A stretch of 64,000 bases of DNA from a virus (lineage: Duplodnaviria > Heunggongvirae > Uroviricota > Caudoviricetes): the IMG/VR virus record IMGVR_UViG_3300024054_000549, one strand, 5' to 3'. The notes beneath the pieces are model-generated. The model did not search any database and was not told the DNA's origin. It saw nothing but the letters and a program-made list of their open reading frames with translations. The position numbers were made by a program, and so were the translations under genes. The stretch's first letter is position 1. Each line of letters starts with the position of its first letter. Below are positions 9,257 to 17,865 of this stretch, piece by piece.

Positions 9257-10764
9257 TTCGATTCTCCATCATCTGTTCCGCCATAGAATTTATTAAATAA
9301 CGGATTCTTTTCTTCTTTTTTGATTTCTTCAAATTCTTTTATAATCTCATCTTGAGTCATTTTGAATATATCAGTGAGAATCTTATTAACAGAGAACAGT
9401 TTTCCTTGATGCTCAGATGCTGTCGTATATATCTCTAGTTTACTCATGAAATTATCAAGTTTCATTTTCTCTATGAATTTATTCTCATTAACGAATTGCA
9501 CTCGTATCGAATCCTCAAGATTATTCCATTCTGTTTCAGAAAGAATACCAGTAGAAATGATTTCCCTTTTAAGTATTTCCTTGAATAATGAAGAATAAAC
9601 CTGTCTTAATCTTGAAATGAACATAAAGAATTTCATATCTTCTTTAGTTGTTCTTGTTTCATCGTAACTAAAATCTTTATCACCTTCTGGGTTGATATCA
9701 ATTCTATTACTTGGAATTTTCATAGATCTGTATAATTTCTTAGCAAAGTATAAAATGTCGTTCATTTCACCAAGATTACCGGTTTCATCTAGAACATCAA
9801 CTGTAGTTCCTTTTCCACCGGAGCGGTTAGCGAACCAATAATCCTCAACCATCGATGTAATGTGTTGCTGATTAGAAACTTCTCCAGTTTCGTTATTATA
9901 GAATTTTTTGTACTTGAATTTACTCTGGTACTCACTCATTACCTCAGTACCACGCTTGTGAGGCAAATCTCCAATATCAACGTTAAATACTCTTCTAGAA
10001 ATTGATCTACTAAATCTCAAAGGTATTAGTAAATCTTCTAGAGTTTTTAACATATTTGCTGGTTTAACAGCATACTCTAAATAGCTTAGAGATATTAATC
10101 CATCTCGTAATCCAAAATCTTCTTTGATCAATTCTTCAATAGTATATTCTTCTTCAGAGTTTTGAAAACTATTTTTAATCTTTAGTTTATCTTCCTTCAG
10201 GTACTTATATGTTTTTGACTTTTTATCAAAATACAACATACAAGGCTCAATCATTTTTATTGATTTGATTCCGTTCTTTGTGTTATTCTTGTCGTAAGCG
10301 CAATGAATGATAATTTGACCATCAATATATGAATTCTTTACTAATGAAAATAAATTTTTTCTTATTTTGGTTAGTTTAATTATCTTATCGAATTTTTCTG
10401 AAATTGTTTTAATTATCTTTTCATTCTCTGTGTCAATTTCTATTTTTAATGGAATCTGATCGTCATAACTGAATATGATCTCATTAACAATTTCATCTAT
10501 AGCATCTGTAACATCAGCTGTCATAGATAACTGTCTATATGTCATTATTTTATTTTTTTGTTTTAGTATAACATCATCTATTTCACCAAAATTGAAAAAT
10601 CCATTTTGAGAATCATTAGAATCAAAAAAAGAGCCACTTATTGGATACAAATCTTCATTAGATAAATCTAAAAGAACATTCTGTTGTTTCACATTTGAAC
10701 TATTTTTTTTAGAATTATCTTCGGGCTGTTTTAGAAAATTCTTTACAATTTCTGTTAGAATCAT
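9250..10764 (-). CDS. 20: portal vertex protein, T4 gp20 homolog
   Basis: YLEYAVKPANMLKTLEDL...NQQHITSMVEDYWF aligns with T4 gp20 YLHRAVKPANQLKLLEDA...NQQHNMSMTEDYWL. Confidence 0.85.
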   Translation of the reverse strand: MILTEIVKNFLKQPEDNSKKNSSNVKQQNVLLDLSNEDLYPISGSFFDSNDSQNGFFNFGEIDDVILKQKNKIMTYRQLSMTADVTDAIDEIVNEIIFSYDDQIPLKIEIDTENEKIIKTISEKFDKIIKLTKIRKNLFSLVKNSYIDGQIIIHCAYDKNNTKNGIKSIKMIEPCMLYFDKKSKTYKYLKEDKLKIKNSFQNSEEEYTIEELIKEDFGLRDGLISLSYLEYAVKPANMLKTLEDLLIPLRFSRSISRRVFNVDIGDLPHKRGTEVMSEYQSKFKYKKFYNNETGEVSNQQHITSMVEDYWFANRSGGKGTTVDVLDETGNLGEMNDILYFAKKLYRSMKIPSNRIDINPEGDKDFSYDETRTTKEDMKFFMFISRLRQVYSSLFKEILKREIISTGILSETEWNNLEDSIRVQFVNENKFIEKMKLDNFMSKLEIYTTASEHQGKLFSVNKILTDIFKMTQDEIIKEFEEIKKEEKNPLFNKFYGGTDDGESKW

Positions 10765-10890
10765 AATTCCTCTTAAGTTTATTTGTAACTGTTATATATT
10801 TAAAATCGTATACCTTACTCTTCAGAAGAGCAAGAAATTGTTTTGTATTTATTATTTATAACAAAAATGATTCTTGTGTTTGCATGTTTA

Positions 10891-10898
10891 TATAAATA
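10891..10898 (+). promoter_or_regulatory. T4-type late promoter TATAAATA
   Basis: exact TATAAATA 28 nt upstream of ATG 10927. Confidence 0.6.
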
Positions 10899-10926
10899 GT
10901 TTTGCAAATTAAGGATCAAATTACAT

Positions 10927-11628
10927 ATGAATTTCAATTTTTCAAATTCAGCTGATTATCAATTAAATACTTCTTTAATAGAAGAAATGATTAGATTATA
11001 TGGATTTTTGGTAAAATTTTTAATTACAGAAAAAATAAATAGAGATGATCTTGTTTTTGGTGATTATTCGCATCTAAAATCAGATAGTTCAAAAATTTAT
11101 GACATATATATGATGCCTGAGAATACAGAAGACTGGGATTCTGGGAATTATTCTCTAACAAGTTTTGGTTTAGTTAATTTTGAGAATATAGTTCTTTATG
11201 CTGCTAAAAGTTCTTTTGACCCAAAGCCAAATGACACAATTAACGACCCTCTCGAAATAATAAACAATTTGGTTATTCTTCCTAACAATAAAATAATGGA
11301 AATAACAAATGTTGATGCAACAGTTCCCGGTGTGAATAATTTATTCACCTTTAATGATGCAAAATCAGTTTATAAGTTAACATGCAAGCCTTACGATTTT
11401 AAGCTTATAAATGAATTAGATTCTAACGATATCTCAGTAACTCCTAACATTCCTTATGATACTCTGGATCACTATTTTGAAGAATTGATTGGAACTGCCA
11501 TATCACAGAACGACGAAGCAGAAGTAGTTCTAGATACAATTACTATAAAAACAGATCCTATAAATGTGAAAGTTCAAAAGCCATTAATTGATAAAACTGA
11601 AGATGATGTATGGGGAAGTTTTAAGTAG
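10927..11628 (+). CDS. neck protein-like virion protein (possible gp14 homolog)
   Basis: late promoter; position beside gp13; weak resemblance to T4 gp14 middle region. Confidence 0.4.
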   Translation: MNFNFSNSADYQLNTSLIEEMIRLYGFLVKFLITEKINRDDLVFGDYSHLKSDSSKIYDIYMMPENTEDWDSGNYSLTSFGLVNFENIVLYAAKSSFDPKPNDTINDPLEIINNLVILPNNKIMEITNVDATVPGVNNLFTFNDAKSVYKLTCKPYDFKLINELDSNDISVTPNIPYDTLDHYFEELIGTAISQNDEAEVVLDTITIKTDPINVKVQKPLIDKTEDDVWGSFK

Positions 11629-12097
11629 ATTTTCTGTATAATTCCTTTTCTGTTAGAACTATGAATTTCATGTTATTATCTTCAGCGAATTTTTTAGCAG
11701 CAGTCCACTTAGCTTGATTTATACAAAATGTCATAAGAGATTTTTGATAGCTTATCGAGCTTTTTAATGATTCAGTTACAGGTTTCTTTGGTTGAATTGT
11801 ATCTTTAAATGGCTTGATTTCAACTATGAATTTATTCCCAGATTTGAATTCTAAGAACATATCAACGAAGTAACGATGAATTTTTTGATCAGTTGGTTTG
11901 GTATATTTAATGTTAAATGGTTCTATTGACCATTTTGAGATATTTTCATTCGTATCAGCGTATATAAATGCAGTTAATTCTAATTTAGACTTATACTTTA
12001 TGTGATTATCTTTGAACGAATTCATGTACTTATCTAATGGTTCTATGAACTTTTGATAATTAACTAGTTTATACCAACCTTTATAACTTTTGAACAT
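11621..12097 (-). CDS. PD-(D/E)XK nuclease resembling T7 endonuclease I
   Basis: RYFVDMFLEF..GNKFIVEIKP ~ T7 endo I YTPDFLLPNGIFVETKG; inserted on the opposite strand between the two neck genes. Confidence 0.45.
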   Translation of the reverse strand: MFKSYKGWYKLVNYQKFIEPLDKYMNSFKDNHIKYKSKLELTAFIYADTNENISKWSIEPFNIKYTKPTDQKIHRYFVDMFLEFKSGNKFIVEIKPFKDTIQPKKPVTESLKSSISYQKSLMTFCINQAKWTAAKKFAEDNNMKFIVLTEKELYRKST

Positions 12098-12122
12098 ATT
12101 GTATTTATACGTTCGAAAACTA

Positions 12123-12130
12123 TATAAATA
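12123..12130 (+). promoter_or_regulatory. T4-type late promoter TATAAATA
   Basis: exact TATAAATA 24 nt upstream of ATG 12154. Confidence 0.6.
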
Positions 12131-12153
12131 AGTTTAAATACTTGAGAAAGATT

Positions 12154-12891
12154 ATGTCCAGAATAAGAAGTAAACAAGAACTAACAGATTATATTAAATC
12201 ACAGTTGGGTTATCCAACGATCAATATTGAAGTTACAGATTCTCAAATTGGTGAAATTATTGATGATGCTGTTCAGAAGTTTACAGAATATGCATATGGC
12301 ACATTAGAAGATGTTATTATTTTACAGATAAATGGTGCTGGAACATATGACATGCCAGATAGAATCACAAATATCATAAAACTCTCAAGAGGAAATTCTG
12401 GATCGAATATCTTGAATTTTAATGTTAATTTTGGTGCGGGTTTGGTACCAAATATCTGGTCAGAACAATTCTTTACTGGCGGTGGAAGTATCATTGGGAA
12501 CATTATAGAAAATTTGGTTTCTATAAGTGCTAATAAATCAGTTCTTGAGAGATTTTTCGGTGATGATATTGTTTATAACTTCAATCATTTATCTAAAAAG
12601 ATGAAAGTTCTCGAGAACTTCGTTGGTGCGGCAGCTTTACACTATCAATACGAATACTTAGCTAATGAATCAGATGATCTTGTTTATAATCATGAATGGA
12701 TAAAGGGTTACTGTATTTCTAAAACTAAATTTTTGTGGGGAACTGTAACTGGTAAATACGATCAAACATTAATAGGTGGGTCGAGAATCAATTACAGCGA
12801 TATGAAAAATGAAGCTGGAACTGAAATTGAACGTTGGGATGAACAGTTATTATCCAAATGGAGTGATCCCTGCCCCATATCAGTAGCATAA
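12154..12891 (+). CDS. 13: neck protein, T4 gp13 homolog
   Basis: QELTDYIKSQLGYPTINIEVTDSQIGEIIDDAVQKFTEY aligns with T4 gp13 [39 protein letters not shown]; ATG at 12154 (ORF track uses an alternative start at 12142). Confidence 0.75.
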   Translation: MSRIRSKQELTDYIKSQLGYPTINIEVTDSQIGEIIDDAVQKFTEYAYGTLEDVIILQINGAGTYDMPDRITNIIKLSRGNSGSNILNFNVNFGAGLVPNIWSEQFFTGGGSIIGNIIENLVSISANKSVLERFFGDDIVYNFNHLSKKMKVLENFVGAAALHYQYEYLANESDDLVYNHEWIKGYCISKTKFLWGTVTGKYDQTLIGGSRINYSDMKNEAGTEIERWDEQLLSKWSDPCPISVA

Positions 12892-12892
12892 A

Positions 12893-12925
12893 AAATGAGG
12901 CCCATTAAGAGCCTCATTTAATTCG
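12893..12925. terminator. bidirectional terminator (strong on minus strand)
   Basis: atgaggc..gcctcat hairpin; minus-strand reading has TTTTTT after the stem, directly after stop of 12934..13197. Confidence 0.6.
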
Positions 12926-12933
12926 GTTTGAAT

Positions 12934-13197
12934 TTAATTCTGAACTGTAATATTAGAAGAATTGTCTGTTAGAATTTCTTCTGTTTTCTCGGGTTCAGTA
13001 GTAATCTTTTTCTTGCGCTTTTTAGATTCAGTTTGAGTATCTGTTTGAGTTTGCTCTAGAACTGTTTTAGCATTCGAAGAGTCAACAATTTTTTCCAATA
13101 ATCCCAAACCTACCATTCTATCTGTACCATCAGGGAACTCATCCCCAGCTTTGTAAGTCCAACCGTTGTAAGTAATTTCACTTTTTACCTTGTACAT
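12934..13197 (-). CDS. hypothetical protein
   Basis: ORF. Confidence 0.4.
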   Translation of the reverse strand: MYKVKSEITYNGWTYKAGDEFPDGTDRMVGLGLLEKIVDSSNAKTVLEQTQTDTQTESKKRKKKITTEPEKTEEILTDNSSNITVQN

Positions 13198-13198
13198 T

Positions 13199-13708
13199 TT
13201 ATTCCTTTTTTAGTTTTTTCATTAGTTCTAGTGTCGAAATAGCTTCAGAACCATGAATATGAAGATTATTGACAGTATGTCCAGATAATTTTTCCAATTC
13301 TTCAGCTTTTTTGATTTTATCTAAATTAAGCAATGTTCCGCTCATTTGTTTATATGAATCAACATATAATTTTTGAGCGTCAGTTATTGCTCTTGAAAGT
13401 TCAGCAAATGAAACAACTAAAGATGCCCGTTTATCACCATCATGATTTAATAACTCAAGGGTTATAGCGTTCTGAACTCTCCGAGCATTCTCTGTTATTT
13501 CTTTCAGAGTTTCCCTGACATAAGCAAAATCATCTGACATTATGCTAATATTCATTATGTCAGCATAATTTGCAGATGATATATTTTTAGATTCTGATTG
13601 AACGAATTCTGTAATGGAATCACCCTGAGATAGAAGTTCATCTGAAAGATCTAACTTTTTCGATAATTTTTCCATCCTATCTTGGAGTGATTCCACTTGT
13701 TCGATCAT
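13199..13708 (-). CDS. hypothetical coiled-coil protein
   Basis: ORF. Confidence 0.4.
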   Translation of the reverse strand: MIEQVESLQDRMEKLSKKLDLSDELLSQGDSITEFVQSESKNISSANYADIMNISIMSDDFAYVRETLKEITENARRVQNAITLELLNHDGDKRASLVVSFAELSRAITDAQKLYVDSYKQMSGTLLNLDKIKKAEELEKLSGHTVNNLHIHGSEAISTLELMKKLKKE

Positions 13709-14013
13709 TTCTTCTTAGAACCAATAATTGATTTATATCTCAATAGAACATATTGACCATCTAGAAATTCTAGATCTAAACCATCAGTCATTGGCCAAAG
13801 AACAAAATCTGATTCTTCAATATCCTTAATATCAGATCCAACACTAATAACAGTGCCTGAAGTTGGTCGTTCTAGTGAACTTTGTGGTTTCAATGAAATA
13901 ACCAATCCAGACTCTGTTACAACTTCCGTAACTAAATCTGTTGGTTTAACCAGAAGATATTCATTCTTTGGCTTAAATTCCGCACTTAGAATTTGTACTT
14001 TTTGAATACTCAT
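13705..14013 (-). CDS. 31: co-chaperonin GroES-like, T4 gp31 homolog
   Basis: LVKPTDLVTEVVTESGLVISL ~ T4 gp31 [22 protein letters not shown]; ~100 aa. Confidence 0.65.
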   Translation of the reverse strand: MSIQKVQILSAEFKPKNEYLLVKPTDLVTEVVTESGLVISLKPQSSLERPTSGTVISVGSDIKDIEESDFVLWPMTDGLDLEFLDGQYVLLRYKSIIGSKKK

Positions 14014-14312
14014 AGGATATCCGCAAATTCTTTAAATAAATCGAAGCCAACTTGAATCTGTTTAAGAACAGCTTCTTTTCCATCTGCCATGTTCGGCTCT
14101 GCAATTTGCATTTGTTTGTTATCAATGATTAACGCAAAACCAGAATCTGTTAGCATTTTCAAACAGAAGTTAATATTGTTCCCAATTGTTCCTTTTGATT
14201 TCACAGAATCACAGAACAACTGAAATGTTCGACCAGATTTCTTGTAAATTTCAGTAATGATAATATTATCGTCTGTTATTGTTTCAATTCGTTTACTTTT
14301 GCTAAAAAACAT
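14010..14312 (-). CDS. hypothetical protein
   Basis: ORF. Confidence 0.35.
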   Translation of the reverse strand: MFFSKSKRIETITDDNIIITEIYKKSGRTFQLFCDSVKSKGTIGNNINFCLKMLTDSGFALIIDNKQMQIAEPNMADGKEAVLKQIQVGFDLFKEFADIL

Positions 14313-14320
14313 ATTTTTCC

Positions 14321-14545
14321 TTATATGAATAATTCGGGATATTTTCCCTTTAAGATTAACAACTTTTCATTTTCTTTTTCAATATTTAATTTAAATTGAA
14401 AAATCAAATCCTTATCTTTAATTTTAGAAATAGAATTCTTATATATTTCAATTGACTTGTATATTATATTGATTTTTGTTAAGATTTTATCAATTTCTGA
14501 CATACTAGTGAACGATAACTTCATCCCATAAAGCTTCATCATCAA
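14321..14545 (-). CDS. hypothetical protein
   Basis: ORF. Confidence 0.3.
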   Translation of the reverse strand: MMMKLYGMKLSFTSMSEIDKILTKINIIYKSIEIYKNSISKIKDKDLIFQFKLNIEKENEKLLILKGKYPELFI

Positions 14546-14951
14546 TCATTACATCAAAAATTAATGATGCATACTTCAGTTGGTACTTATATGCAACATT
14601 GGAAATTAAATCTACCGTTTCGATTATTTGTTCTTTATTGTTAAAATCTTTAAGAATATCTTTTCCATTATCTGTGTTTATTTTGCTAATAAATTCTTTA
14701 CTAATGAGTACTTCAACATGTTTTAAATCATCTGGATTTTGAATATTCCCATTATTAAGCTGCTTAATATAAATTTTCTCATCTTGAATATCTTGGATAA
14801 TATCAATTTCGTTTTTAATGATACTAGAATATAATCTAGCATCATAAATTGTTATTCCATTCTGTTTAAGATATTCTTTAACGATAAAACTTCCTAAAGG
14901 TCTATGTTTTTCATAAAAATTAGCTGCTATAATGTAAGGTTCTAGTCTCAT
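14505..14951 (-). CDS. hypothetical protein
   Basis: ORF. Confidence 0.35.
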   Translation of the reverse strand: MRLEPYIIAANFYEKHRPLGSFIVKEYLKQNGITIYDARLYSSIIKNEIDIIQDIQDEKIYIKQLNNGNIQNPDDLKHVEVLISKEFISKINTDNGKDILKDFNNKEQIIETVDLISNVAYKYQLKYASLIFDVMIDDEALWDEVIVH

Positions 14952-16291
14952 TCTAATTCCATAGCCATATTCCGAAGCTTAAGTACTGTTTCTAAAGTAT
15001 CGGTTTCGGTTTTATCATTTCTGATTTCTATGAATCTCGGATGACACAAAGCATAATAATCATTCCCATCAGCTTTAGATAAATCGTTAAATTCAACTGT
15101 CATAATTTTATTGATATATTTTTCTGGGAACATAGTCATGTCGTCTAATTGTTCGTCTGTGAATCCAGATGTACGACCCTTAATAGTTCCTTCATCATTG
15201 CCAAAAATGATTGATCCAATCTTTCCTTCACGCTTTGTGCCGATAGATCCATCTTGGAATGAAAGAATTCGCATTTCTGTATCAATTTTCAGCTTAAGTT
15301 TTAATTGTTCCTTAGATGTTCCATCTTTGAATACGCCGGATTTATCCTTAAGAACAGCACCCTCGTATCCATCTTTCATATATTTAGAAGTGATTTCCAA
15401 AGCCTCCTTTAGAGAATTTACTTCGTGAGTATCAATTACTCTAATATTAGTATTAGATGAACCTTGGATAATTTCCTTTAACTTATTAAATCGTTCATTA
15501 TATTTAGTCAAACAAGGATTCTTTTTATCTTTTTTGCCAGCTGAACTGTATTCTTCCGGTGTAATATAATCCCAAAGATCTAGAATAATACTCTCATGAG
15601 GTGGATTAAGAGAATTGATCAATCCATTAGCCTTAGCACGATCGGGATAGCCAGCAATTGTTAACTCTCCGGTATAAACACCGTTTGGAAAATCCTTCAT
15701 AGATTCAAAAATGATTGGGTAATCATAAGATTCACCAGATCTTGAAGTACTAGAAACTGAACCATCTTGAACGAAAAACGATCTATACGTTCCGTCAGCC
15801 TTTAACTGAACCAAAGCTGGATATTTGATATTCTTAGATGTTTTCGATCCGTAAACATCACATCGCATATAAACAGGTTTAGTAATAAGATTCGACCAAA
15901 CCTTATTTATTTGTGTAGTACCAACATTAATCCTGAGATCACGATTGATGATTTTTTTGAGAATATCAGCATGTACTTCATTAAGTGAGCCGATAAGGTC
16001 CGAAACAATTTTCAGAGCATCATGTCCTGTGAATTTTCTAGAAGAAATATCATTTTCTAGAATATCAAGAGCATTTACAAGATTTAACCCAGGATAGTTA
16101 TTCTCTGGAGCTTTGAATTTAAGAGCATTTTTTACAGTTACGCCATATGTATAAGCAACATTGTCGTAAGTCATTTTAAGAACCCTTTGAAGAATTTCAG
16201 AGTTCTTGTATTTCTTTAGTACATCTAATTTAAAATTAGTACTGTTGCTTTCGTTGATTTCATTTAGAATGGTGTGTACTTCGGTAATCAT
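14948..16291 (-). CDS. 30: ATP-dependent DNA ligase, T4 gp30 homolog
   Basis: KYPALVQLKADGTYR ~ T4 ligase KFPAFAQLKADGARC (adenylation lysine motif KxDG); colinear N-terminus MITEVHTILNEI ~ MILKILNEI. Confidence 0.85.
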   Translation of the reverse strand: MITEVHTILNEINESNSTNFKLDVLKKYKNSEILQRVLKMTYDNVAYTYGVTVKNALKFKAPENNYPGLNLVNALDILENDISSRKFTGHDALKIVSDLIGSLNEVHADILKKIINRDLRINVGTTQINKVWSNLITKPVYMRCDVYGSKTSKNIKYPALVQLKADGTYRSFFVQDGSVSSTSRSGESYDYPIIFESMKDFPNGVYTGELTIAGYPDRAKANGLINSLNPPHESIILDLWDYITPEEYSSAGKKDKKNPCLTKYNERFNKLKEIIQGSSNTNIRVIDTHEVNSLKEALEITSKYMKDGYEGAVLKDKSGVFKDGTSKEQLKLKLKIDTEMRILSFQDGSIGTKREGKIGSIIFGNDEGTIKGRTSGFTDEQLDDMTMFPEKYINKIMTVEFNDLSKADGNDYYALCHPRFIEIRNDKTETDTLETVLKLRNMAMELE

Positions 16292-16344
16292 TTCGGGTTC
16301 CTTTTAAGATAATTCATTTTATTCGAAATTCATCAAAAAGTACA

Positions 16345-16896
16345 CTAAGAATGCTCAAAAATTTTCGATGTAAATAATTTCACTTCGGCTAAAATATTCT
16401 TATGAACAGAATTATCTATATAATAATGAAATTTGAAATCGTTAAGCTCATTTTCACTTCGATGAGAATCTCGATCTATATCGGTATTTTTATTTAAGAT
16501 TTTAACTGTAATTGAATCTGGAATGTGCTCAATCAAAAATCTAAAATCAGGAACAATTATAAAATCTTCATTTTCTTTTTTAGTCTTTTCCTTCAATAAA
16601 TTAACCCAAACATCAGCACCAAATTGCGATTGCATGGCCTCCGTTCCGAAGTTCTGAAGAAGCGACCTGAAATTAGTTAGAATTAAACTCCTGGCAAGAA
16701 TATCAGTGCATGAATTCTTATAATCATCCAGTTCATTAATAGAAATCCCGAATGATTTACTTATAATGTCTTTGATTGGATCAGCAAAAGCTACAATTCT
16801 TGAAGAATATCCAAGATTTTTTAATTCACCTTGGAGCAAAGTAGCAAAGAAATTCTTACCTGAACGCTTCTTACCGTTAATTAGAATATATTTCAT
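16345..16896 (-). CDS. 1: deoxynucleoside monophosphate kinase, T4 gp1 homolog
   Basis: NGKKRSGKNFFA...ADPIKD ~ T4 gp1 GVKRSGKDTTA...AGPIKD. Confidence 0.8.
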   Translation of the reverse strand: MKYILINGKKRSGKNFFATLLQGELKNLGYSSRIVAFADPIKDIISKSFGISINELDDYKNSCTDILARSLILTNFRSLLQNFGTEAMQSQFGADVWVNLLKEKTKKENEDFIIVPDFRFLIEHIPDSITVKILNKNTDIDRDSHRSENELNDFKFHYYIDNSVHKNILAEVKLFTSKIFEHS

Positions 16897-16914
16897 TTCT
16901 AGTACCTTAGCATC

Positions 16915-17409
16915 TTAGTACCAAACGAAGTATTTATTTTTTGATAATTTGATAGATCCTAGAATTTGTTTTTTCATTAAACACATTTTAGTTTCTTGCT
17001 CTGTTAGAATGTACCCAATTTTTCGGTGCATTGTACTAACAAAATTTTGATCAAATACAAAGAATTCTTTCCCTGCAATTCTAATCTTATCTTTTGCTAT
17101 TCCTGAACCGAATAATTCTTTGTCGCTAACCTCAAATTCCGTTCGGAACCATGAGCATGGAAGTTTATCCGTGATATCTGTGAAAGAATTGGTAGCTATT
17201 CCATTCTTGATATTATGCGGAAGAAGAACATTAGATGTATTGATAAATGTGCAATTATTAAGTTTAATAAATGCGTCACTTTCTTCGCTGTAGGATTTTA
17301 AAAGCATTGAAATATTAGCTATATGAATGTTCATTTTCTGAACAAGTTCGTTAGCCAAGATATACTTTTTATTTAAGAACATAATGATTCCTTTTTGGTT
17401 TAGGTGCAA
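16915..17409 (-). CDS. hypothetical protein (possible DNA-binding)
   Basis: ORF. Confidence 0.3.
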   Translation of the reverse strand: MHLNQKGIIMFLNKKYILANELVQKMNIHIANISMLLKSYSEESDAFIKLNNCTFINTSNVLLPHNIKNGIATNSFTDITDKLPCSWFRTEFEVSDKELFGSGIAKDKIRIAGKEFFVFDQNFVSTMHRKIGYILTEQETKMCLMKKQILGSIKLSKNKYFVWY

Positions 17410-17495
17410 CCATTATATAATCATTTTATCCAAATGTAAACATTTTTTTTGAAATATATGAAAAAACCTAACTCATAAGAGCTGGGGTTCAATAG

Positions 17496-17855
17496 TGGTG
17501 GACTCGGCGGGAATCGAACCCGCGTCCGAAAGCCCTCTACAGGCAGTTCTACATACTTAGTCCGGTCATTTGGTTTTAACCTGCGCGACGCCGGCCGAAC
17601 AGGCTGCGAACAGGCGATCCACCTTAGTTTTAGCGTTGCGACAAGTGACCCGGCGCATTGCGAGTTTCCTGATGTTACCGTACTGCCGGTTGCCCGGCCC
17701 AGCCCGGAAACTGGCTGGTGTACGGTCTGGCATTAAGCGGCCAGAGCGAAACGCTCGTCGTTGGCGTTTGTTTGTTTCCAGTAGATTTACGAGGGAACTG
17801 GTCCTCGGTATGCACTACGCTGCTTCGCGACCCCCGTCGAAACCAGGTCGAGCCC
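17496..17855 (-). ncRNA. ssrA: tmRNA (ssrA), full length, one-piece
   Basis: 5' GGGCUCGACCUGGUUUCGACGGGGGUCGCGAAGCAGCGUAGUGCAUACCGAGG.. and 3' ..GGACGCGGGUUCGAUUCCCGCCGAGUCCACCA; acceptor stem GGGCUCG/CGAGUCC with G3-U pair; tag reading frame GCC AAC GAC GAG CGU UUC GCU CUG GCC GCU UAA (ANDERFALAA); ~58% GC in a ~33% GC genome. Confidence 0.9.
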
Positions 17856-17865
17856 AAAAAATCAA

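Noticed and set aside
10765-10830. Possible late promoter upstream of portal gene (taaatatataac)
   Set aside because: Does not match the strict TATAAATA late consensus seen elsewhere in this window.
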